A DNA stretch of 41,649 nt from a virus. The stretch lies in IMG/VR virus record IMGVR_UViG_3300029452_000003, one strand, 5' to 3'. Each line of letters begins with the position of its first letter. Positions within the stretch are counted from its first letter, which is position 1. A program made the translations under genes and the position numbers. Under the pieces are notes generated by a model. It was not told the origin of the DNA and did no database searches. It saw only the letters and a program-made list of their open reading frames with translations. Positions 33,109-41,649 of this stretch are shown piece by piece.

Positions 33109-33483
33109 ATGATAATACTACCCGACAGTTTTTGGATTTTATTCGTGATAATAATCTTTTGCTTTATAATAAAGGAGGCGAAGAATGGTGTCTCGCATTC
33201 ATTGAATCCTGAAAAAGTCAAGCGAGATCTCGAAGACTCCCAGGAATTACTTGCGTTTACAAGACATAAATCATGGCTTATACGTGTTGCAGACCGCGAA
33301 TCGCAGCGTATGGAGAAACGCCTTGAATATTTGTACCGTCTACGCAAAAAGGCTGTAAAACGCTTTGGTGAGGATTCTGAGCAGGTTGTACGTATAGACA
33401 AATGGTTGAGCGAGGTGCGGCGATACATGCTTGAATTTTCAAGAGTATCTATGACAACATTTAACATGCGCGTCGGTACCTGA
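33109..33483 (+). CDS. N-terminally anchored small protein (124 aa)
   Basis: TM helix ILPDSFWILFVIIIFCFII followed by a charged helical region. Confidence 0.5.
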   Translation: MIILPDSFWILFVIIIFCFIIKEAKNGVSHSLNPEKVKRDLEDSQELLAFTRHKSWLIRVADRESQRMEKRLEYLYRLRKKAVKRFGEDSEQVVRIDKWLSEVRRYMLEFSRVSMTTFNMRVGT

Positions 33484-33510
33484 ATGTATTTTTTACTACA
33501 CTATATTTGT

Positions 33511-33547
33511 GCTACTTTTGGTTTACAAATCAAAAGTAGCATTTTTT
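33511..33547 (+). terminator. Hairpin + T tract ending 1 nt before the tape-measure ATG
   Basis: gctacttttg (33511-33520) pairs with caaaagtagc (33531-33540), followed by atttttt. A TATATTTG -7 box sits at 33503-33510. Confidence 0.5.
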
Positions 33548-36500
33548 ATGGCAACAACTCAAACTTTCGAGACCATCGTCAGTCTTAATGCGCAGCAAGC
33601 GAAGAATGAGATGGCAACACTAAAGAAAGCCCTCGATGACCTAAAGCAGAAGAAAGCCGAGGCACTCAAAGACCCTGGTACGTCGGTTAAAGACATTAAC
33701 AAGTTCGACAAGCAAATTAAGGCTGCCGAGGCAAGCCTTAAATCTTACAGCAATAGTGTTGCAAAAACAATAGACACGGTCAACAATATATCCACAGCAT
33801 CGTTAGGGGATATTGAAAAAGCAGCCCGTGAGGTGCGACGTGCGATGAAACAAGTGACAAATCCCGATGATTACAATGCGCTCAATGTTATTCTACAGCA
33901 CTGTAAGGATCGTATGGATTTTCTTAAAGATTCTACCGTGCATTCGCTGAAAGAGATGCAGGAACTAAATCATGCTACCGTCAATCTGCAACGAGTTCTT
34001 GGCGATATTAATGGCGCGTCGCTTAACGATCTTACTGCAGCTGCATCTACTCTGCAGAAAGAATTAAACGACATGTCGCCTAATACAGATGCCTTCGACA
34101 AAGCTTCAGAAAGTCTGCAAAAAATAAACACACGCATACAGCAGATACATTCGAGCCAAAAGGAGGCAAATCTGTCCATTGACAAATACGATAAAGAGAT
34201 AGCTGCTGCGAGACGCTCAGCCTCTGAACTCGCACGTGAAAATAAACTTATAGATGCTACGCTTAAAAATATCAGCGGTTCCTCGATGCGCGAACTTCAG
34301 TACTCGCTGAAAATAGTAAATGAACGACTCGAAGGCACTAAGCAGGGAACAAATGCTTTCGATGAGCTAAACAACAAGGCGAAACAACTAAAAAGACAGA
34401 TAACTGCCATCAACAACGAACAAACAACTTCTGTAGGTCTGTGGAAAGGCGCTGTCAATGGTTTGAATAAAAATTGGGGCGCAATCACTCAGACACTTTC
34501 TGCATTTACCGGCTTGTCTACAACAGTTCGTCAATGTGTAGATGCGTTTACAGACATGGACCAAGAGATGAACAATGTACGCAAGTACACCGGTCAGTCG
34601 ATGGAGGAAGTTGAGGAGATGAATGAAAACTTTAAGAAAGTTAACACAAGAACTGCGCGTGGCGAGCTGAACAAACTTGCCCAAGATGCGGGTAGGCTTG
34701 GCATCACCAACAGAAAAATGATCGAGGAGTTTGTTGATGTCGGCGACAAAATAAAGGTGGCTCTTGGTGATGACCTTGGTGACGGAGCTATCGGCAAGGT
34801 CGGTAAGCTCGCAATGGCTTTTGGCGAGGATGATCGCCTCGGCTTGCGTGGCGCAATGCTCGCAACGGGTTCTGCTATTAATGAGCTTGCACAGAACTCT
34901 TCAGCATCGGCTGGTTACCTCGTTGAGTTCACCGCTCGTGTCGCAGGTGTCGGCAAGCAGGTCGGCTTGACTCAGGCGCAAATCATGGGTTATGCTGCTG
35001 TCATGGACGAGAACATGCAGAAAGACGAAATGGCTTCTACCGCATTCTCTCAGCTGCTGACCAAAATGTCAACAGACACTAAGACTTTTGCTAAAATGGC
35101 AGGAGTAGACTTGAAGACCTTCTCTGACCTCGTTAAGAACGATATGAATAAGGCTGTCATTACACTTATGGATAATTTGAAATCTAAGGGCGGTTTCGAC
35201 CAACTTGGCAAAATGTTTGGCGATATGGGACTTGATGGTGCACGCGCCGTCGCTGTTCTCACAACAATGGCAGACAAGGTTGACGACATTCGTGAGCGCC
35301 AAGAGATAGCAACAGAAGCCTATCGTGAGGCAAAATCTGTTATCGAGGAATTTGACGTGCAGAATAGCACCTTACAAGCCGATGTTGATAAGGCAAAAAA
35401 TCGGTTCCGTGAGTTAACCATAGAACTCGGCGAGAAACTTTTGCCTGTAGTGAAATACACCATCAGTGCTGGCAGTCTACTCGTTAAGTCACTATCTGCA
35501 ATAACTTCATTTACTACGAAATACTGGAAGGTTCTTGTTGTCGTTACTTCTGGTATCGCGGCGTATACTTTAGCTGTAAAAGCTGCAGAGATAGCAGAGA
35601 TGGCACACAATGCTGTTAAGCTTAAAGGTTTAGCCATAGACAAAATGAAGAGGATGTACTCATCACTTATAGTTTCTGCACAAACGGCGTACGAAATTGC
35701 AGTAAAGGCTTGTACCCGCCAAATAAGCCTTGCAACTGCCGCACAAAAGATGTGGAATGAGGTTATACTGGCTAATCCTTGGGCAGCAGCCATTGTTACT
35801 ATGGTGGCAGTGACAGCTGCGCTTATCGCATTCACATCTAAAGCAGATAAAGCTACGATAGCTCAACGCGAACTTAACGAGGCAAATGCGGAAGCTGCTA
35901 CCCAATGCCGTTCGGAGATTGCAGAGCTTTCTACGCTCGTTGACTTGGTTAGAGACAAGGCTGCGTCCGATGATGCCAGGACAGAAGCTTTAAGAAAACT
36001 TCAGGAGAAATACCCCGGATATCTTGACAATCTTACACTTGAAAATATAAACTCAGACAAGGCTCGCGAGGCGGTCGACAATCTTACAGACTCCATCTTA
36101 GCACAAGCCAAAGCTCGTGTATATCTGTCAAAGATCGAGGAGTTGGAACGTAAAAAGCAAGATATTAACGAAGAGTATCTTGAAAGTTTCTGGGGGCGGC
36201 TTAAACAGTTCTGGCGGGCAGATTTCCAGGTAGCTGCTAACACACTCGCGCATTTTAGCGAAAAAATGTACAAATCCATAGACTATGGTGTTACCCACGC
36301 AATCAACTATGGTGATTTAAAAGGCTTTAAAGATGGTTGGACTGACCAAACGTACATTGAGCGTAAAGGCTATACGATGAACACTGCTGTAAAAATGAAT
36401 CGAAACCAGGCTGATGATATAGCAGAACTACAGGAAAAACAAAATGAATGGCTAAAGCGATATCAAGATGCGCAAAAAAAAGAGACAGAAAATTCACTTA

Positions 36501-38410
36501 AAATTCGCAAAGCAAACGAGCAACTTGGCAAGAACCAGAAAAACAATAACAACAATAACAACAATAATACAGAGTACGAATCTGAGGCAGAACAGAGAGC
36601 TAAGGCTATCGCTGCACGCAAGGCAGAAGCTGAGCGTAAACACGTCGAAGCACAAAAGAAAAAAGACCTTAAGGCTGCTATCGATGCTCAGAAAGCAATA
36701 ACAGAAGCTGAACTTGTTGAGAACTTTCGTAGGTACGCTGATGAAGGTTTACAGTATCGTGATTTCCTTAAAAAACAATATGAGATTAAAAGCAAAGGAC
36801 TCGACGAGCAGATTAAACTATATGGCGAAGAGTCAAACGAGGCACAAACCCTTATTCGCAAAAAAACAGAGCTCGAACAACAATATCAACAAGATAAGCA
36901 GATACTTGACGAAGATGAGCTTAAGCGCAAACATGCGAGCATCGCTATTGACTTACAAATGGCTTATGAGCAACAGTCTGCAAACAATGATATATACCAC
37001 AATGAAGAACGCCTTAAAGAGGAGTTATATCTCAATGAGATAGACTATCTAAAGAAGCGTCAAACCTTATACGATAAAAACCAACAAGAATGGCTTGATA
37101 TTGATGCAGAGATAAATCAACGGCAAGAGGAGCATAAACTTGAGCAAACGCAATATTATGCCGATCTCCTTTCTCGATATAAAGCAGAATGGGCAGCCAA
37201 AGATTGCCGAGAACAAGAGCGTATCACACTCCAAGGGCTCGAATCTCTACACCAAAAGGAGCTTCTTAAGGAAGAAGAATATCAGGAGATGCGCAAACAA
37301 GTCCTATTACATTATAAAGAGCAACAAGCAGCTGATGACTTGTACAACTCTAAAGGCGAGCAATTTAAACGCAATGTTGATAGTGCTTACAACGCAGCAT
37401 CTAACCAAGCGCAGGCATCATGGTCTAACAAACATGATGATGGAGTGAATGTTGGTGCTTTTATAACATCCGACATAGATATCTATGCGTCAACGCTTGC
37501 CAACATTAAATCGATGGAACAAGAGGGGCTTATCTCACATGAAGAAGCTATGGCTGCTATGGGCGAAGCTACAGCTAACATGTGTAATGGTTTGGTCGCT
37601 AAGATGCAAGCTGCTATGGACGCAATCTCGCCACTTATGAGCGCAATGTCGTCTTACTACTCTGCGCAGTCTGACTACGAGGTTACTATAACAGAGAAGA
37701 AGTACGAGAAGCTTATAAACGCTGCTGGCAACAACACTGCCAAACGCAAAAAACTGGAAGAGAAGAAAGAGAAAGAAATAGCTAAAATAAAAACAAAGTA
37801 TGCTAAAAAGCAAGCCGCAATGCAGATAGCCCAAGCTATTGCCCAGACAGCTATTTCGGCTATTGGTGCTTACAGCTCTGCAATGACCGGTATGCCTTAC
37901 CCTGCGAATATGGTACTTGCGCCTATTGCCGCAGGCATCGCTGCCGCAGCTGGAGCGATACAAATAGCCACTATCAAAAAGCAGCAGCAGGCGCAGGAGG
38001 CTGGCTACTACGAGGGTGGCTTTACGGGCGGTTCAAGCTATCGACGCAAGGCGGGCATCGTGCACGAGGGCGAATTCGTAGCTAACCACAATGCGGTTAA
38101 CAACCCGCAGGTTCTGCCGGCCTTGCAGCTCATCGACGAGGCGCAACGCAATAATACGGTTGGTTCGCTTACTGCAGTTGACATATCGCGCTCGCTCGGT
38201 CAGGGTGGTGCTACGGTGGTGTCTGCGCCATCGGTGACGGTCAACACCGACAACTCAGAGCTGAATGCTACCCTCGGCGAAGCTCGCGATGTTATCGACC
38301 AACTATCGCTGGTGCTCGCGCAGGGCATACATGCCAAGTGTTACATCGATGGCGATGATGGCATTGCCAAGAACCTCGACCACTATAAAAAATTAAAATC
38401 GCATACATAA
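33548..38410 (+). CDS. Tail tape measure protein (1620 aa)
   Basis: Very long and helical. TMP-core-like segment (GKVGKLAMAFGEDDRLGLRGAMLATGSAINELAQNS...GLTQAQIMGYAAVMDE). Internal hydrophobic helices and extended coiled coils. Confidence 0.85.
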   Translation: MATTQTFETIVSLNAQQAKNEMATLKKALDDLKQKKAEALKDPGTSVKDINKFDKQIKAAEASLKSYSNSVAKTIDTVNNISTASLGDIEKAAREVRRAMKQVTNPDDYNALNVILQHCKDRMDFLKDSTVHSLKEMQELNHATVNLQRVLGDINGASLNDLTAAASTLQKELNDMSPNTDAFDKASESLQKINTRIQQIHSSQKEANLSIDKYDKEIAAARRSASELARENKLIDATLKNISGSSMRELQYSLKIVNERLEGTKQGTNAFDELNNKAKQLKRQITAINNEQTTSVGLWKGAVNGLNKNWGAITQTLSAFTGLSTTVRQCVDAFTDMDQEMNNVRKYTGQSMEEVEEMNENFKKVNTRTARGELNKLAQDAGRLGITNRKMIEEFVDVGDKIKVALGDDLGDGAIGKVGKLAMAFGEDDRLGLRGAMLATGSAINELAQNSSASAGYLVEFTARVAGVGKQVGLTQAQIMGYAAVMDENMQKDEMASTAFSQLLTKMSTDTKTFAKMAGVDLKTFSDLVKNDMNKAVITLMDNLKSKGGFDQLGKMFGDMGLDGARAVAVLTTMADKVDDIRERQEIATEAYREAKSVIEEFDVQNSTLQADVDKAKNRFRELTIELGEKLLPVVKYTISAGSLLVKSLSAITSFTTKYWKVLVVVTSGIAAYTLAVKAAEIAEMAHNAVKLKGLAIDKMKRMYSSLIVSAQTAYEIAVKACTRQISLATAAQKMWNEVILANPWAAAIVTMVAVTAALIAFTSKADKATIAQRELNEANAEAATQCRSEIAELSTLVDLVRDKAASDDARTEALRKLQEKYPGYLDNLTLENINSDKAREAVDNLTDSILAQAKARVYLSKIEELERKKQDINEEYLESFWGRLKQFWRADFQVAANTLAHFSEKMYKSIDYGVTHAINYGDLKGFKDGWTDQTYIERKGYTMNTAVKMNRNQADDIAELQEKQNEWLKRYQDAQKKETENSLKIRKANEQLGKNQKNNNNNNNNNTEYESEAEQRAKAIAARKAEAERKHVEAQKKKDLKAAIDAQKAITEAELVENFRRYADEGLQYRDFLKKQYEIKSKGLDEQIKLYGEESNEAQTLIRKKTELEQQYQQDKQILDEDELKRKHASIAIDLQMAYEQQSANNDIYHNEERLKEELYLNEIDYLKKRQTLYDKNQQEWLDIDAEINQRQEEHKLEQTQYYADLLSRYKAEWAAKDCREQERITLQGLESLHQKELLKEEEYQEMRKQVLLHYKEQQAADDLYNSKGEQFKRNVDSAYNAASNQAQASWSNKHDDGVNVGAFITSDIDIYASTLANIKSMEQEGLISHEEAMAAMGEATANMCNGLVAKMQAAMDAISPLMSAMSSYYSAQSDYEVTITEKKYEKLINAAGNNTAKRKKLEEKKEKEIAKIKTKYAKKQAAMQIAQAIAQTAISAIGAYSSAMTGMPYPANMVLAPIAAGIAAAAGAIQIATIKKQQQAQEAGYYEGGFTGGSSYRRKAGIVHEGEFVANHNAVNNPQVLPALQLIDEAQRNNTVGSLTAVDISRSLGQGGATVVSAPSVTVNTDNSELNATLGEARDVIDQLSLVLAQGIHAKCYIDGDDGIAKNLDHYKKLKSHT

Positions 38411-38424
38411 CACAAAAGTATAAT

Positions 38425-40353
38425 ATGATACACTGCACTATCAACGGAGAGGTGGGCTACCCGTCCACCTCCGACAAAATAAAATTAACGTATAACAACC
38501 CGTATGTCCAGGATTCGGGCGAGTATTCCTATGATATCTCATTCCCGATGTCAATACATCAAAACGCGACTCTTTTCAAACACGTAAACCGCTTCGATGT
38601 AAAGAAGCGCATGTCGTCGTTCGATGATTGTAAGATATATGCAGATTACCGGCTTATCATATCAGGCAAGGGTACTGTCACTTCTATTAGCGATACAACC
38701 GTCAAACTTCAAATTGTTGGCGGCAAATCGCGTATCAAGTATAATTCTGCCTTCGAGAAGCATTTTATAGACGAGATCGATTATTCTGAGGGCGATTATG
38801 CTCTTTCTGGTCTTGACAGCCGATTTGAAAAAACCATACACCTAAAGGAGCAACCTGGCAGTGTATATATCAACCTCAAGGATAGCTGCACCGTTTCCTG
38901 CTACGCCGGCGTTTTCAATCCTGTTTGGGACGAAGCCAGCAGCCGTTTTGTCAACGACATATACTATCAAAGAAATGTCCTGACTGGAAAAAATGGTGAA
39001 TATTTAAATAATGGAAATCCTACAACATATACCACAATGGTGCGTCTTGCTATACAACCACGCCTGCAATATGTACTGGAGACGGTCTTGGAGCATGAGG
39101 GCTATGAGAACTATACATTTAATTTTGATACGTCGCATTTTCGCAGGATGTTTATCGTCAATGCGCACCCGACATTTAAGATCAAAGAGGCCTTACCGCA
39201 TTGGTCGGTTTACACGTTCTTAGAGGAGCTTAGCAAATTGCTGAATGTCAGATTCTTGTTCGATGATATTAAAAAGTCTGTTAATGTCGTACCTGTAGAA
39301 GAACTTTATTCCTCCGCAGCTGTCGCTTACGAATGCCTCGATGAGTACACTTGCGAGTTCGACGATGATGGCGCAAATCTGCTTGATGCCTCGAATATTG
39401 AATACAAGTTTGATGATACCACAAGTCGCTCTTGGCGCGATAGCATACCACTTAACGTGCAGCATATATACGCAACGAAATATTATAAAAATCGTGACGA
39501 AATGGGGGCGGCGTTAAAGCTCATGCCATTAAAAGAACAACGACAAACGATTTTTGCCGCACAAGCCGATGGTTACTTCGTTTATGCAAAATGGCCCAAC
39601 AAATGGAATTCTGACAAACTAACAGAGTCGCTCGTACCATGCGGCTTTTTCAGCCCGATAGTACGCGATGCAGATTCTACAGACTCCATTGAGATTAAAA
39701 TAGCACCAGCAAGCATTAGCCGAAGGAAACGGTCGCACAAAACAGATGTCGTAGATGGTAATCATTATGTGGTATGTCCGTCGGCAACCGATGACTATAC
39801 AGGGCCGTCTGGCTCGTATGAAGACGAAGGTGGAGAGCCTTATTCTTCAGTACAAGAAGCCATTGAAGGCGATGCGACCGAAGATACGCAAGAAGAGAAC
39901 AGCGTAGAGTCAGATAAGACCATGAGTGTCTTTTTTACGAGTTCGGAGAAATTCTATATGATGGAAGGCAAAGGCTCGTATTACGAGAACATCAAGGTGC
40001 CGGGTGGTCTTATGCCCGTCGATACGAATTTGTATTGCCATTTCCCCGTTTCATTTGTCGATCATCGTGCATATCCAGACTGGACTGGAGCAAAGGAGGC
40101 TATGTCGATGGATTTGCACCAGCTCCACCGCTTGCAGTATTCATCACCTGAAGACCTGAGAAAGGATATTACCCATCCAGATATAGATACACACAACCTG
40201 CGCTGCATCAAGTTCCTGACAGACGAGATTCCCGATCCTTCGAAAATATATGTCTTCCGCAGTCGGCGCTTCGTCTGTCAGAAGATAGAGGCAGAGGTCG
40301 TAGATGGTTGCGTCAGCCAAATAAAGACCGGCTACTTCTACGAGATACTATAA
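38425..40353 (+). CDS. Distal tail/baseplate-type protein (642 aa) by position
   Basis: Immediately follows the tape measure. No motif recognised. Confidence 0.45.
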   Translation: MIHCTINGEVGYPSTSDKIKLTYNNPYVQDSGEYSYDISFPMSIHQNATLFKHVNRFDVKKRMSSFDDCKIYADYRLIISGKGTVTSISDTTVKLQIVGGKSRIKYNSAFEKHFIDEIDYSEGDYALSGLDSRFEKTIHLKEQPGSVYINLKDSCTVSCYAGVFNPVWDEASSRFVNDIYYQRNVLTGKNGEYLNNGNPTTYTTMVRLAIQPRLQYVLETVLEHEGYENYTFNFDTSHFRRMFIVNAHPTFKIKEALPHWSVYTFLEELSKLLNVRFLFDDIKKSVNVVPVEELYSSAAVAYECLDEYTCEFDDDGANLLDASNIEYKFDDTTSRSWRDSIPLNVQHIYATKYYKNRDEMGAALKLMPLKEQRQTIFAAQADGYFVYAKWPNKWNSDKLTESLVPCGFFSPIVRDADSTDSIEIKIAPASISRRKRSHKTDVVDGNHYVVCPSATDDYTGPSGSYEDEGGEPYSSVQEAIEGDATEDTQEENSVESDKTMSVFFTSSEKFYMMEGKGSYYENIKVPGGLMPVDTNLYCHFPVSFVDHRAYPDWTGAKEAMSMDLHQLHRLQYSSPEDLRKDITHPDIDTHNLRCIKFLTDEIPDPSKIYVFRSRRFVCQKIEAEVVDGCVSQIKTGYFYEIL

Positions 40354-41535
40354 GTCGCCAACAAAGTGCTTTGTACTCTCGTGCGCCACCTTCGGACTCT
40401 TCAGATACCTATTGGTAACAGATATGTCCGAGTGTCGCGCTTGGTCGCGAGCTACGACAATGCCTTCGGCGTTGGCGAGGTCGCGAATTCCGGAGTCCTT
40501 CAGACTATAGAACTGGTACGTGTCGGGGAAGCAGAGAGCTTTCCGGACACGTACCCATTCTTGCCTAAAGCGGTTCACCGCTATCTGCTCACTGCCCGGA
40601 CGTATGTGCTTGCCAAAGAGATAGTCTTGCGATGGGTGGCTGAACACGCCCTGCTCAATCATCACCTTCAGTAATGTGTCGTTGAGTGCTACCGCCTGCT
40701 CCTTACCGTTCTTCGCTACCTCTGCGGGTATCGTTATGCACTGCTCCTTTATTGATATGTCGCCTATCTTGATGTGACGCAGCTCTTCTGGTCTGATAAA
40801 GGTGTAATACTCCATCAGGCAGGCGAGGTAGAACGCCGGACGCTTCTCCTTTGTGTACTCCTTCAATCTCCGCAGATCCTCGGGCTTGATGCTGTCGCGA
40901 AACTTCTCGGTCTCCTTCATCATCTTGATACTCTCAACGAAGTTCTCAGTGATGTACTGCCTATCCACAAGCCACGTGGCGAAGGTTGACAGCCATGTGC
41001 GATAGTTGTTGCGAGTCGTGGCAGACCGCTCCTTGTCGAACACAATGTAGTCAAGAAAATCAATGACAAGGAGTCGGTCAAACTGGTGTACGTACTTTAT
41101 ACAGGTCTTTGCCTCGTCGATGTAGGAGAGCAATACCGCCAAACGGCTGCGATAATCAGTAGCCGTCTTCGACTTTATCATACTCTTCTTCTCAGCCACC
41201 TTCAGATAATCGGTGTAGCGCTTCACCACGGCTTCCCATGTTGTGTAGCTACGTGCCTTATCATTATTGACAAATGGGTTCCAGCCGGCTGTGAGCTGCT
41301 GTGTGAGGTTGGTGATGAGCACGGTGGCGATGTGCTTACGCTCCTTTAGCTTGTAGCCATCGAGCATATATTTCTTGCGACGAAGCCCGTCAATAATGGG
41401 GTCATAAGCATAAAAGTCTACATACCAGTGTTTGCCAGTATGTAACCGCGGAAGAGTATATCCTACTATATCTCTTACAGATAAAAGTTTTTTCGCAGAA
41501 GTGTACATTTTTTTACATTGTTCGCCAGATGGCAA
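40348..41535 (-). CDS. int: Tyrosine site-specific integrase (Bacteroidota phage-integrase type)
   Basis: N-terminal arm-type region (LPRLHTGKHWYVDFYAYDP...GWNPF), a SAM-like middle domain, and a C-terminal catalytic region ending ARHSDISVTNRYL. Its start is 25 nt from the terminal repeat. Confidence 0.9.
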   Translation of the reverse strand: MPSGEQCKKMYTSAKKLLSVRDIVGYTLPRLHTGKHWYVDFYAYDPIIDGLRRKKYMLDGYKLKERKHIATVLITNLTQQLTAGWNPFVNNDKARSYTTWEAVVKRYTDYLKVAEKKSMIKSKTATDYRSRLAVLLSYIDEAKTCIKYVHQFDRLLVIDFLDYIVFDKERSATTRNNYRTWLSTFATWLVDRQYITENFVESIKMMKETEKFRDSIKPEDLRRLKEYTKEKRPAFYLACLMEYYTFIRPEELRHIKIGDISIKEQCITIPAEVAKNGKEQAVALNDTLLKVMIEQGVFSHPSQDYLFGKHIRPGSEQIAVNRFRQEWVRVRKALCFPDTYQFYSLKDSGIRDLANAEGIVVARDQARHSDISVTNRYLKSPKVAHESTKHFVGDL

Positions 41536-41560
41536 CCAATGCTATTGAACAATCAGCGTC

Positions 41561-41649
41561 CGAGCTACCGTCCGAGTCTCCGCAACGCCCATAAACGAAT
41601 TATGGCCGAAGTTCCTTTGTATAAAGGAATTTCGACCATTTGTAGTTGC
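41561..41649. repeat. Terminal direct repeat, right copy (identical to 1-89)
   Basis: Compared base by base with 1-89. Confidence 0.95.

Noticed and set aside
33171-33187. Fourth copy of the junction core (aaaggaggcgaag, 13 nt) followed by an ATG at 33185, first taken as the true start of the 33109-33483 gene
   Set aside because: The ATG at 33185 is out of frame with the ORF and opens only a 6-codon peptide. In this gene the 13-mer encodes KEAK in a different frame from the EKGGEA junctions. A 13-nt match is unlikely by chance, but I cannot assign it a function.
1-41649. CRISPR array, tRNA or rRNA genes
   Set aside because: There are no regularly spaced direct repeats with unique spacers. 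No cloverleaf-compatible sequence with a GTTCGAnnC-type T-loop was seen in the intergenic regions or in the terminal repeat. The repeats present are iterons, terminator families or coding repeats.

Overview
The window reads as one complete temperate tailed-phage genome with a unit length of about 41.56 kb. It is bounded by an exact 89-bp direct repeat (1-89 = 41561-41649). That repeat means either a circularly closed or terminally redundant assembly, or an att-bounded prophage. Almost all genes are on the + strand. Only a tyrosine integrase (40348-41535) and an XRE/CI-like repressor (168-602) are on the - strand, and they flank the repeat. The integrase family, the recurrent TAnnTTTG -7-type promoter boxes and the lack of Shine-Dalgarno sequences on the structural genes point to a Bacteroidota host (Bacteroides/Prevotella-like). 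Modules in order: lysogeny switch and early regulators (0.1-1.9 kb); Toprim + P-loop primase-helicase (1973-4891) followed by a 617-nt ORF-free iteron region (putative ori); head module with a ClpP-like protease/scaffold and a capsid candidate (6.5-9.3 kb); terminase (11.0-13.2 kb); a roughly 9.3-kb accessory insertion (13.2-22.5 kb) that separates terminase from portal; portal and completion genes (22.5-26.6 kb); collagen-motif tail fibres (26.7-31.6 kb); lysis cassette (31.7-33.5 kb); a 1620-aa tape measure (33548-38410); and a distal tail protein. The accessory insertion is the part worth a second look. (a) It holds a tandemly duplicated 'A - cargo - B' cassette frame. Paralogous frame genes, promoter boxes and terminators bracket different cargo in each copy. 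(b) One cargo is about 0.7 kb of ORF-free, highly structured sequence (including a perfect 21-bp hairpin) followed by a ComF-like PRTase and a full-length RadC/JAB protein. This is a candidate undescribed toxin-antitoxin, defence or counter-defence unit. (c) A palindrome- and terminator-containing leader precedes five small genes joined by a repeated 22-nt AGAGAAAGGAGGCGAAGCATGA junction. No CRISPR array, tRNA, rRNA, reverse transcriptase or transposase was recognised. All family assignments come from motif reading by eye and need HMM or structure confirmation.
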